Origin: a virus
Lineage: Duplodnaviria; Heunggongvirae; Uroviricota; Caudoviricetes
Direction: 5' to 3' (one strand)
Virus record (IMG/VR): IMGVR_UViG_3300010998_001290
DNA: 64,000 nucleotides
Shown: one piece after another, positions 19,505-27,491 of the stretch
Layout of the letters: every line of letters starts with the position of its first letter
Numbering within the stretch: the first letter of the stretch is position 1
Notes under the pieces: generated by a model
Told to the model about the DNA's origin: nothing
Seen by the model: only the letters and a program-made list of their open reading frames with translations
Databases searched by the model: none
Position numbers and translations under genes: made by a program

Positions 19505-19625
19505 GCGGCTTTCGGCATTGTTCCGGAGGCGTCGCCGCAATAGTGGCGGCAGGCGGTGACAGCGGCGAGTCGGCAGGCTGATCACTAAGGTTTTGAAAGT
19601 ACTGACAAAAAGAATCGTAAACAGA
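19505..19625 (+). repeat. GC-rich non-coding element, copy 2, with hairpin GCCGC-aatagtg-GCGGC
   Basis: No ORF in any frame. Aligns block-wise with 11032-11120. Directly precedes the terminator and dnaG. Confidence 0.5.
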
Positions 19626-19650
19626 CCCCTCTGCGGAGGGGTTTTGTTTT
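19626..19650 (+). terminator. intrinsic terminator immediately upstream of dnaG, with no promoter element between
   Basis: CCCCTC-tgcg-GAGGGG plus TTTTGTTTT. Confidence 0.65.
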
Positions 19651-19666
19651 AGGGGGAAGTGATAAT

Positions 19667-20659
19667 ATGAGTGAAGAGCTTTCTACACAGGGTTCGAATG
19701 CAAAGGAAATAACAAGACTTCTTGAAATGAATAGGGAAGCGGCAAGGTACTTCAGGGATACTCTTCTCTCTCCCAATGGAAGTGAAGGACTTGAGTATCT
19801 GAAGGAAAGGCAGCTAACTTCCGGCACTATAAGAAAGTACGGTCTTGGTTATGCTACCGATGAATGGCACGGTCTTCATTATTATCTTCGTAAAAAAGGC
19901 TACTCTGACTCCGAGATGGAGGAAGCCGCATTGGTTTCGAGAGGTAAAAAGGGTGTTTATGACAAGTTCAGACAACGAGTAATATTCCCTATAATTGACA
20001 GATGCGGCAATGTTGTTGCTTTTGGCGGCAGAGCTCTTGATAAAGAGGCTAAGGCAAAGTACATCAATAGCGATGAAACGCCTTTGTTTCATAAGAGAAT
20101 GAGCTTGTTTTCGCTGAATTTTGCCCAAAAGACAAAGAAAAGGTATCTTATACTGTGCGAAGGATATATGGATGTGATTTCTTTAAATCAGGCGGGCTAC
20201 GATAACGCCATAGCAACGCTTGGTACATCTATGACTTTGCAGCAGGCTGAAATTATGAAGCATTATGCTGAAGAAATCATTATTTCATACGATTCTGATG
20301 AAGCAGGACAAAACGCCACCAAAAAGGCAATCAGGCTTCTTAATGAGGTTGATTTACCTTCACGGGTGATAAAAGTCCCTAACGCAAAGGATCCTGATGA
20401 GTTTATCAAGGCGTATGGAGCTAAAAGCTTTGAGGAAGTGATAAACGCATCGATATCCTTGGTAAGCTTTGAGTTTGAGATACTTAAGAACAGTTTCGAT
20501 GTCAAGACAGCTAACGGAAAGGCAGAATTTCTGAAGGAAGCCATTGCTTTCCTTGCGAGTTATAGAGACAAGTATGATTGTTCAGCTTATATGTATGTGA
20601 TATCCGATATGACCGGGATCCCGTACAACGCAATCAATGAGCTTGTTGAAATGGCATAA
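19667..20659 (+). CDS. dnaG: DnaG-type DNA primase, TOPRIM core only; lacks the N-terminal zinc-binding and C-terminal helicase-binding domains
   Basis: 'FRQRVIFPIIDRCGNVVAFGGRAL...KYINSDETPLFHK', 'LILCEGYMDVISLNQAGYDNAIATLGTSMT', 'IISYDSDEAGQNATKKA' match the DnaG RNA-polymerase/TOPRIM region. AGGGGGAAG RBS. Confidence 0.8.
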   Translation: MSEELSTQGSNAKEITRLLEMNREAARYFRDTLLSPNGSEGLEYLKERQLTSGTIRKYGLGYATDEWHGLHYYLRKKGYSDSEMEEAALVSRGKKGVYDKFRQRVIFPIIDRCGNVVAFGGRALDKEAKAKYINSDETPLFHKRMSLFSLNFAQKTKKRYLILCEGYMDVISLNQAGYDNAIATLGTSMTLQQAEIMKHYAEEIIISYDSDEAGQNATKKAIRLLNEVDLPSRVIKVPNAKDPDEFIKAYGAKSFEEVINASISLVSFEFEILKNSFDVKTANGKAEFLKEAIAFLASYRDKYDCSAYMYVISDMTGIPYNAINELVEMA

Positions 20660-20731
20660 GAACCGGAATACAAACAACTCCTCTTAAGGTGATATACCTT
20701 AGGGGAGTTTTTGTTTTTCTTTCAGTTATAT

Positions 20732-20773
20732 CATACTAAAATATAGAATCATTATCTGAGACGAATGGAGTTT
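20732..20773 (+). promoter_or_regulatory. CATACTA plus GACGAATGGAG cassette; leader 29/30 identical to the 16032-16061 copy
   Basis: After the terminator at 20677-20718. Confidence 0.6.
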
Positions 20774-20813
20774 TGGAATGGTTTTATTATTATTTTGAAA
20801 GGAATGAGTAAGT

Positions 20814-20981
20814 ATGACGAAAGAAAATATTACAAAGGAGAAGTATAATACTTTTCTTGAGGCAGTCGATACCGTGTGTGGCGAATGTATCAGGTGTGGC
20901 GAAGAGACTTGCACGTTTTGCCCGGTCAGAGAGACTACTGACCATATAAACGAAACAGCAAAGGAAGCTGGTGTGAGATAA
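20814..20981 (+). CDS. small zinc-ribbon protein, 55 aa; not in the ORF track
   Basis: AAAGGA RBS 11 nt upstream. 'CGECIRCGEETCTFCPV'. TAATG-coupled to the next gene. Confidence 0.5.
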   Translation: MTKENITKEKYNTFLEAVDTVCGECIRCGEETCTFCPVRETTDHINETAKEAGVR

Positions 20982-21322
20982 TGGGCTGGAATGCCGGTTA
21001 TACCGTGATGGAAGCTCAAGTCATTGCTCTTTACGACAAGGGTGTTTTGACGGCTGAACTGCTTGATACAGTCATGGAGCCTTATAAGTACACCGATTGC
21101 GATGAAGGCGGCAGTAAAAATCTTAAAACAAAAGATGGGCTGCCTGTCGAGCTGGTAATCTGTAAGGTCATGAAACCTGACGAATATCAAAAGGCAATCG
21201 ATAACCCCGATTGGAAGGATTTACCTTACCAGTATGATAAATCATTAGACAATTGGGCTAACAACGAAAAGCTATGGGACTTGTACTGGTCCATATGGAA
21301 CGGTATGTGGGAAATCTGTTGA
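20981..21322 (+). CDS. hypothetical protein
   Basis: Translationally coupled ORF. Confidence 0.55.
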   Translation: MGWNAGYTVMEAQVIALYDKGVLTAELLDTVMEPYKYTDCDEGGSKNLKTKDGLPVELVICKVMKPDEYQKAIDNPDWKDLPYQYDKSLDNWANNEKLWDLYWSIWNGMWEIC

Positions 21323-21359
21323 ACGAACATGGAACAAACAACATCGAAAGGAGCTAAAG

Positions 21360-21602
21360 ATGATAAGAAAATCTGGTGTTATCCCCGAAGTGGATGTAAT
21401 CCTGCACTCTATGTATGACAGGTTTCAGAAAGATGAGAATGAGAGTGTAGAAATACGCAAAAAGTACAGAGATTTTGAGTTCTTTGTCAACGATGTGGCA
21501 ATACAGGCTGACGGCATAAGGGATTATTGCACTCCCGAAGAAGCTGCCGTCTTAAATGCCTATCTTGACAATTACTTCAAAAACTGTAAAGATGTTGCTT
21601 GA
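21360..21602 (+). CDS. hypothetical protein
   Basis: AAAGGAG RBS. Confidence 0.55.
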   Translation: MIRKSGVIPEVDVILHSMYDRFQKDENESVEIRKKYRDFEFFVNDVAIQADGIRDYCTPEEAAVLNAYLDNYFKNCKDVA

Positions 21603-21623
21603 TTAAGCAGAAAGGAAAAGAAT

Positions 21624-21923
21624 ATGGGCGTTTTATACGAAGAAATGTATCCGCAGGTAGAGCTGAAACCGGGAGTTGACTATGTTTTTCCTATTAAGGA
21701 TGGCTGTCTTAACATCAATGTCAGCATAGACCCCGATTATCCGGGTGTAGACATTGAGTATATCCCTAACAACAGCACAAGTGTGCCTTGTACGCGTCCT
21801 CGTGTGCTTATTGAGGCACCTGTGGATGATGCAACGGGAAAACCCGGAAAGCTGAGAACTCTTATATGGAGTGATCCGAACGGAGAGGACTATACCGAAA
21901 AGGTTGAGTTTGAAGATTTATAA
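21624..21923 (+). CDS. hypothetical protein
   Basis: AAAGGAAAAG RBS. Confidence 0.55.
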   Translation: MGVLYEEMYPQVELKPGVDYVFPIKDGCLNINVSIDPDYPGVDIEYIPNNSTSVPCTRPRVLIEAPVDDATGKPGKLRTLIWSDPNGEDYTEKVEFEDL

Positions 21924-21937
21924 GAAGGAGAGATACA

Positions 21938-22219
21938 ATGGGCATTAAAAGGACTAACAAAAGGAAACAGGCAACCTTCCTCGTTTTTGTTAACAGCAGT
22001 GATGAAATCAAGAAGGAAATATCGTTATCCGGACTTGCATTCGTGCGCGATTACAATATGGGCTGGTTTGAAGTCCCTTATTCAATGGTCGAGAAGTTCA
22101 CCGAAAGGTTTGGACTTAAGGTCGATACAAGGGAAGACTCCTCGATTTGTGATCTCGATGTCACTGAAGAAGGCATTATAGCATCGAATATGAGCAGATG
22201 GGGAGGCTGCATAGCATGA
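21938..22219 (+). CDS. hypothetical protein
   Basis: AAGGAGAG RBS. Confidence 0.55.
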   Translation: MGIKRTNKRKQATFLVFVNSSDEIKKEISLSGLAFVRDYNMGWFEVPYSMVEKFTERFGLKVDTREDSSICDLDVTEEGIIASNMSRWGGCIA

Positions 22220-22593
22220 ATAAATCTGATTTCAAAGTGGGACAGACGGTGTATATCCGCATAATCCCCGGTTCAAACGCCGCGAGATCGCAGTCCGACA
22301 AGGATCCGCTTAAATGGGTCTTTGCCAGAAAGGTCAAGTCCATAGGCAGAAAGTATATCTCTTTAGATGATGGATTATACGACATCCGCTTTAACATAAG
22401 CGACTTTAAGCATGAGGACTACCAATACGAGCTTTTCCTTACGGAAGAACAGGCTATAGATAAAGCTAAGGCTGTTTCTGTAGGGCTTGGCATCTCTCAG
22501 AAATTTGCTAAACATGTAAGCTGGCGGGATACCGACATTTCCTACACAGATCTTATGACAATAAACGGCATACTTGATAAGTATGAAAAGTGA
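22216..22593 (+). CDS. hypothetical protein
   Basis: GGGGAGG RBS 9 nt before ATG 22216. The track start at 22198 includes the RBS. Confidence 0.55.
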   Translation: MNKSDFKVGQTVYIRIIPGSNAARSQSDKDPLKWVFARKVKSIGRKYISLDDGLYDIRFNISDFKHEDYQYELFLTEEQAIDKAKAVSVGLGISQKFAKHVSWRDTDISYTDLMTINGILDKYEK

Positions 22594-22612
22594 TGGGGGT
22601 ATAAGAACTGAA

Positions 22613-22852
22613 ATGAACGAGATAAAGAACTTAAAGACAGCGCTTACTAATTTTAAGGGCAGAAACTGGAAAGGTCGCACCAAATGCGGAAATTGGGCTG
22701 TAGCCAACGGGGGATATGACCTTTGGTTCGAGGTGTACTTCAACGATGTGTCCGTTATGCAATGCATAGCAGGCGAACTTAGCTGGTGTACCGATGAACA
22801 GTCCTTTACAGAGGAAGCTCTTGCTGTCACGAAGAAAATTATGAATCTATGA
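22613..22852 (+). CDS. hypothetical protein (alternative start 22574)
   Basis: GGGGG RBS about 13 nt before ATG 22613. Confidence 0.5.
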   Translation: MNEIKNLKTALTNFKGRNWKGRTKCGNWAVANGGYDLWFEVYFNDVSVMQCIAGELSWCTDEQSFTEEALAVTKKIMNL

Positions 22853-22864
22853 GGAGGATGACAG

Positions 22865-23656
22865 ATGATTACAAAACAGGTAATGAATCATCTTGAACTG
22901 AATATCGGAACGGATTTCTCTAAGGCTTGTGACAAGTTCGGTTACAAAAATGTCAAGCAGTATTCAGCTGAATACCGCGAAAACGCCGAACGCGTCTTGG
23001 CTGCGAGACTTTCGTTCTTCGATTGGTGCAAGATGCGCAATCGCGGCGCAGAAGGCTTTTCATTTGAGGATGCCATCAAGCACATGAAGAAGACATACAC
23101 ACCCGGAACTCGTGTAAAGCTTGTGTATGCTCAGCATAATGGCAATCCGCCGATAGGGAGCAAAGGCTCGGTTATTTCGGTTACTGATGAAGGTAACATT
23201 GAAGTTGAATGGGATGCATGGAAGAGGAGCTACAGCAATGTTTCTGTAATAGTCTTCGGTGCGGACAGTGTAGCTTTGCTGACCCCAGCGGAAATTAAGG
23301 CTGAAACTTTCAGCAAGAAGGATGCGGTTGCACATTCCACTGAAAAATGCTTAGGCTCCTATGTATGTTACACTTGTGCCAGACGAATCCCTTCGGGAGA
23401 AACGATAAACAAGTATACATTTGAGAAACGCTTTGACCGCATCTGTGTCAACATGTGCGAAGACTGCGCCAGCTATATCCGAAATCACAACATACGCTTT
23501 GGAGCCAAATCGCTCAAGGATAAGTTCGGTGAATATATCGAGAAGCTTGAAGGTATGACATTGTGCATCGAATCAGACGGGACTGAAATAGATACCCCTA
23601 TGTCGTTAGAGGACGCTGAAGCCTATATCGAGAATATGGGTAAGCCGGTCGTATGA
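22865..23656 (+). CDS. hypothetical protein with a Cys cluster (CYTCARR...CVNMCEDC)
   Basis: GAGGAGG RBS. Confidence 0.6.
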   Translation: MITKQVMNHLELNIGTDFSKACDKFGYKNVKQYSAEYRENAERVLAARLSFFDWCKMRNRGAEGFSFEDAIKHMKKTYTPGTRVKLVYAQHNGNPPIGSKGSVISVTDEGNIEVEWDAWKRSYSNVSVIVFGADSVALLTPAEIKAETFSKKDAVAHSTEKCLGSYVCYTCARRIPSGETINKYTFEKRFDRICVNMCEDCASYIRNHNIRFGAKSLKDKFGEYIEKLEGMTLCIESDGTEIDTPMSLEDAEAYIENMGKPVV

Positions 23657-23685
23657 GTTGCCAAGCTTAAGAGAAAAGGAGAAAA

Positions 23686-23892
23686 ATGATGAATAGACCT
23701 ATAAAGGTTCGTGTATTTAAGGCATCCACCTGTTCAGAGCTTGAAAACAAGCTCAACGAGTTTCTCTCGTCAAGCGAAACCTATGAAATCAACAGCATAC
23801 AGTATGCTACCGCGAGCGGCTCTGCGTCTTCCGTAGAGCCTCCTACGGTATATACAGCGATGGTTGTGTACGAAGTCAGTGTATACAGATAA
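23686..23892 (+). CDS. hypothetical small protein
   Basis: AAAGGAGAAAA RBS. Confidence 0.5.
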   Translation: MMNRPIKVRVFKASTCSELENKLNEFLSSSETYEINSIQYATASGSASSVEPPTVYTAMVVYEVSVYR

Positions 23893-23909
23893 TCAGAAAG
23901 GAAAAAGAA

Positions 23910-24236
23910 ATGCAGATACTTATCAATAAAGTCGTTTATGGTTCGGATTTCGCCGCTATGCTTACGGGAAAGTACCCTATGAATTGTGATACCCTTGCTG
24001 AGGTCAAGGATTATCTCCGTACAGAAGGCATTTATATCGGCGACGGCAGTGAGCTCATAAATATACCGGGCGAGCTTGCAAAGTCCAGCAGTGAGGATAA
24101 GAACTTTGTGTTTGTTGAGTTCTCCAAGGAAGAGGACTATACACAGCACGAAGTAAGGCTGATGACTATTCAGAAGAGATACCTTTCTCGCGTGAAGAAG
24201 TTCATCGCGGAGCATCTTGAAGAAGAAGGAGAATGA
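23910..24236 (+). CDS. hypothetical protein
   Basis: AAAGGAAAAAG RBS. Confidence 0.55.
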   Translation: MQILINKVVYGSDFAAMLTGKYPMNCDTLAEVKDYLRTEGIYIGDGSELINIPGELAKSSSEDKNFVFVEFSKEEDYTQHEVRLMTIQKRYLSRVKKFIAEHLEEEGE

Positions 24237-24238
24237 AT

Positions 24239-24763
24239 ATGAGTAAGAAGTTTGTAGACAGCCTGTTTGAGATCAAGAATACGAAGGGCAATCTGATAGC
24301 TATTACGGACTCGGCTGATAAGGTTAAGGATATCGCAGACAACTGCGGCGAAGCAACATTAACGGAGCTTATAAAGCCTGTTGACTGTAAATACCCTGAG
24401 TTCTCTATTATTGAGAACGATGAGGAGTTCGATTATGGCTACTCGTATGCCTACTGGAAGGATGACGCCGGAATGGATGTCACCACTTGTAAGCAACGAT
24501 TAAGAGTTGATCCTGATGAAGATTGGGCGTTAATTCTTGATGAATATCTGGAAAATGCTGATCAGTACTGGAGCGATGGGCATAAGACGGTCAACAGCGC
24601 TATCAATGCGCACCTTGACTGGTGGATGAGAGCTAACGAAGCTTTATCCGATGAGGAGAATGTTCCTATTTTCAAACTCGCCAATGAGCAGATTAAGATA
24701 TTACTGCTTACCGGCTTTGAGGCTGACAGAATAGTTCTTCTTGATAACGATTGCACAGAATAA
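24239..24763 (+). CDS. hypothetical protein
   Basis: GAAGGAG RBS 7 nt before ATG 24239. Confidence 0.55.
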   Translation: MSKKFVDSLFEIKNTKGNLIAITDSADKVKDIADNCGEATLTELIKPVDCKYPEFSIIENDEEFDYGYSYAYWKDDAGMDVTTCKQRLRVDPDEDWALILDEYLENADQYWSDGHKTVNSAINAHLDWWMRANEALSDEENVPIFKLANEQIKILLLTGFEADRIVLLDNDCTE

Positions 24764-24790
24764 GTTGAATAGGAGATTAAACAAAACAAT

Positions 24791-25057
24791 ATGGCTAAAA
24801 ACACTATACGCGAAATAGGCGATGGTACACAGATTCGTGCAAGAAACAAAAACATTGACATAAACACAGATCTCTTCGACGATCTCGAAAATGATTGCTG
24901 GAAATTATTCAAGCAATATGCAGCCGCATTTGATGTGGAACTCAAATTAAAAGATCCTAATGATGTGGACTTCTATATCGCGAAGACAATTCAGGACACA
25001 ATCCTTGACATTTTCACGGAAGCTGGATTCCATCTGAAGTTTGAAGAAACCAACTAA
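24791..25057 (+). CDS. hypothetical protein
   Basis: Weak RBS (AGGAGA). Last gene before the terminator at 25079. Confidence 0.5.
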   Translation: MAKNTIREIGDGTQIRARNKNIDINTDLFDDLENDCWKLFKQYAAAFDVELKLKDPNDVDFYIAKTIQDTILDIFTEAGFHLKFEETN

Positions 25058-25078
25058 TAACAAAACCATACAAAGCAA

Positions 25079-25107
25079 GCCCCTCTTCGGAGGGGCTTTG
25101 TTTTTTT
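25079..25107 (+). terminator. intrinsic terminator
   Basis: GCCCCTC-ttcg-GAGGGGC plus TTTGTTTTTTT. Confidence 0.75.
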
Positions 25108-25121
25108 GAGTAGCGGGAAAT

Positions 25122-25128
25122 CATACTA
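25122..25128 (+). promoter_or_regulatory. CATACTA -10-like promoter element
   Basis: After the terminator at 25079-25107. Confidence 0.5.
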
Positions 25129-25156
25129 TTATATATAGAGAAAAGGCGGTGAGGGT

Positions 25157-25750
25157 GTGTATAAATCGTGGGTACAGACACCTATAGGATATGAATTATA
25201 TGCTCAAGGACAGTACGAACGTGAATTTCTGGCATTTATGTATGGAGGTGTGTACGACGGCTGGTTTTTCTATATCCCATACCATTCCGATAAAGAGATA
25301 CTCCTTAAGGCGGGTAGCCTTAAAGAAGCTAAACGGGAAGTAGAACAGCGGATGCAGAGAAATATCCTGAATGAAAGAAACAGATACGAACATTATATAA
25401 ACGAGACATCAAGCCGTTACGGGTGGCTTGAATACAACGACGACTCCTATGAATTAAAGGTTAAGTCCCCGGAGAAGGAAATGGTAACAGCCGCAAGGGT
25501 CGAAAAGGACGAATGGTACGGCTATAAGTACAGCACATTGTTCGAACCTTGCTTTACCCGTCATGTTCTGCTTTTACACACGGATGTTCAGAGATTGGCA
25601 ATTGACAGTATAAAGGAATACGGCGAGCGTCAAATAGATATATGCGAAATGCTTATCCTTATGCTCGAAGAAGAAGCTCCGGTAAAAAATATTGTGTACG
25701 AACAGCAAAAACACTGCCAAATAGGAAATAAAAAGTCATACTATGTATAA
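25157..25750 (+). CDS. hypothetical protein; start uncertain
   Basis: The GTG at 25157 sits only 1-2 nt after GGTGAGGG. No better in-frame start was found. Follows a CATACTA promoter. Confidence 0.45.
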   Translation: MYKSWVQTPIGYELYAQGQYEREFLAFMYGGVYDGWFFYIPYHSDKEILLKAGSLKEAKREVEQRMQRNILNERNRYEHYINETSSRYGWLEYNDDSYELKVKSPEKEMVTAARVEKDEWYGYKYSTLFEPCFTRHVLLLHTDVQRLAIDSIKEYGERQIDICEMLILMLEEEAPVKNIVYEQQKHCQIGNKKSYYV

Positions 25751-25840
25751 AAAGAGAGAAAGAGGTGGGTCCAATGGCTCATTGAGATGTCAAAAAAACA
25801 AGAAACCTGCGTAATGATGCAAGGTTTTGAAGCTTAAGTA

Positions 25841-25870
25841 TTGACAATGTATATGCTTTTATGCTATACT
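25841..25870 (+). promoter_or_regulatory. consensus sigma-70/sigma-A-type promoter TTGACA-18 nt-TATACT
   Basis: Canonical -35 and -10 hexamers upstream of 25893. It is the only copy with a clear -35. Confidence 0.7.
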
Positions 25871-25892
25871 AAACTAAGGGAAGTGTTTGTGT

Positions 25893-26252
25893 ATGAGAAA
25901 GTTTATTTATTTTGGTGAAGGAATGTGCCCTTCGTACTTAGCAGACCAGCTCCGTTCCTGTGGAGTTAAGGTAGAAACTGACATTAGGCGCATACCGGAG
26001 AAAGACATTGATGAGAAACATAAGGCGCAGGTCGAGTTCTTCAAGAAATACGGAGCATACTCGGCTGACTTTGAAAGCCTTGGAAGAGAAATGATGGTGA
26101 CGATCTTATTCAAGAAAGGCGTTAAGTTCGATAAAGACGCTATTGAAAAGATCAGAATAATGACAAAGGATGACGTGAGAGGTTTGGCAATTGACAATGC
26201 CGGCTCAAATGAAAGGGAGTTTGCGATTACTTACTGCTATCCTTTGCAGTGA
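25893..26252 (+). CDS. hypothetical protein expressed from the consensus sigma-70-type promoter
   Basis: GGGAAG RBS. TTGACA-18-TATACT promoter immediately upstream. Confidence 0.55.
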   Translation: MRKFIYFGEGMCPSYLADQLRSCGVKVETDIRRIPEKDIDEKHKAQVEFFKKYGAYSADFESLGREMMVTILFKKGVKFDKDAIEKIRIMTKDDVRGLAIDNAGSNEREFAITYCYPLQ

Positions 26253-26268
26253 CACACGGAGGTATCAT

Positions 26269-26631
26269 ATGGGTAACGCGAAAGAAAAGGAAAAGAACGT
26301 ACTTTTACGTAGTTCGGATGCAGAACTGAACGAACACAGACCACCAGAGCCGAATATGGCTTACGAGCTTAATGAAACCAAGCTCCAGACGATATTCTCA
26401 ATGATCAAGACTGTCATGGAGAATACAAAGAATTCATTCTATGGGTTTCAAGTGACACCGGATGGGTTGGACGCAGTAATAACCTTCAAGACCGATATGT
26501 TTACAGCAGAATGTCTTGATGAAATTCTCCCGGAGATATCGGAGTTGATTATTATTCCGATAGACTCACTCTTTGCTGTACAGTTCAGAGTGAGTGATGC
26601 GGTAGATATATTATCGTCCGACTTAATATAA
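26269..26631 (+). CDS. hypothetical protein
   Basis: GGAGG RBS 7 nt before ATG 26269. The track start at 26191 overlaps the previous gene. Confidence 0.55.
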   Translation: MGNAKEKEKNVLLRSSDAELNEHRPPEPNMAYELNETKLQTIFSMIKTVMENTKNSFYGFQVTPDGLDAVITFKTDMFTAECLDEILPEISELIIIPIDSLFAVQFRVSDAVDILSSDLI

Positions 26632-26651
26632 GCGATAATGCTACATGGGAA

Positions 26652-26686
26652 AAAGGCTTGCTTCGGCAAGCCTTTATTATTTTCGG
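26652..26686 (+). terminator. intrinsic terminator
   Basis: AAGGCTTGC-ttcg-GCAAGCCTT plus a T-rich tail. Confidence 0.7.
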
Positions 26687-26690
26687 CAAT

Positions 26691-26697
26691 CATACTA
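26691..26697 (+). promoter_or_regulatory. CATACTAATAGT promoter element upstream of the ABC transporter genes
   Basis: After the terminator at 26652-26686. Confidence 0.55.
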
Positions 26698-26765
26698 ATA
26701 GTAGCCAAATTCAGCGATTGCGGGATTTCGGAGGCTATTACAGATATAGAAAGAGAGACTATATT

Positions 26766-27491
26766 ATGCTTAATGTTAAGGATATATCGAAGAGTTTCGG
26801 CACAAATAAAGTGCTTAACAGGGTCTCATTGGATGTCAATGAAGGCGAAATAGTAGGGATACTCGGTGAGAACGGAGCAGGAAAGTCAACTTTGATGCGT
26901 ATCTTAAGCACGATGCTTAGCTTTGATAGCGGTGAAGCAAGTGTAAACGGACACTATATAGGGAAAGATGACATAGAAGTAAGGAAGTCGATAGGAGTAC
27001 TGTTCGGAAGCGAAGTAGGACTTTACGGAAATCTTACTGCGAGAGAGAATATCGACTATTTTGGTAGGCTTAATGGGATGAAATCGACTAAAATACAGAT
27101 CGATAGACTGGCGGAGGTACTTGGTTTCGGAGATTATCTTGACAAACAGGCGCGGCATCTGTCAAGGGGTATGAAACAGAAGGTATCCTTTGCAAGGGCT
27201 GTAGTACACGATCCACCGGTCATACTGCTTGATGAGCCTGAAACAGGACTTGATTTTGTAGCTGCTAAGACCGTATTTGATTTTATGCTTTCCTGTAAAA
27301 AGCAGGGTAAAGCTGTGTTCTTCAGCAGTCATTCTATGGAGAATATAAGATATTGCAGTGACCGTATCATTCTCCTTAGGAATGGCATAATCCAATACAG
27401 CGGAGATATGCATCAGATAAACGAAAATAAATCCGACAGCGAAATAAGGACAATGTTCTATAATATGATACTCGGCGAGGAGGTATACTGA
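26766..27491 (+). CDS. ABC transporter ATP-binding protein
   Basis: Walker A 'GENGAGKST', ABC signature 'LSRGMKQKVSFARA', Walker B 'ILLDEPETGLD'. Confidence 0.85.
   Translation: MLNVKDISKSFGTNKVLNRVSLDVNEGEIVGILGENGAGKSTLMRILSTMLSFDSGEASVNGHYIGKDDIEVRKSIGVLFGSEVGLYGNLTARENIDYFGRLNGMKSTKIQIDRLAEVLGFGDYLDKQARHLSRGMKQKVSFARAVVHDPPVILLDEPETGLDFVAAKTVFDFMLSCKKQGKAVFFSSHSMENIRYCSDRIILLRNGIIQYSGDMHQINENKSDSEIRTMFYNMILGEEVY

Noticed and set aside
19100-20850. Tiny upstream ORFs starting at the ATG inside GACGAATGGAG (MEFYYGS; MEFWNGFIIILKG...)
   Set aside because: The ATG is not conserved, since several copies read GAACGGAG, GATTGGAG or GACTGGAG. Peptide length and sequence are not conserved either. 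The conserved unit is the nucleotide box, not a leader peptide.
26638-26853. ORFs 26638..26853 and 26658..26765, the N-terminal extension of the ABC ATPase
   Set aside because: They span the terminator and promoter cassette. The Walker A region aligns from ATG 26766, which gives a typical 241-aa ABC ATPase.
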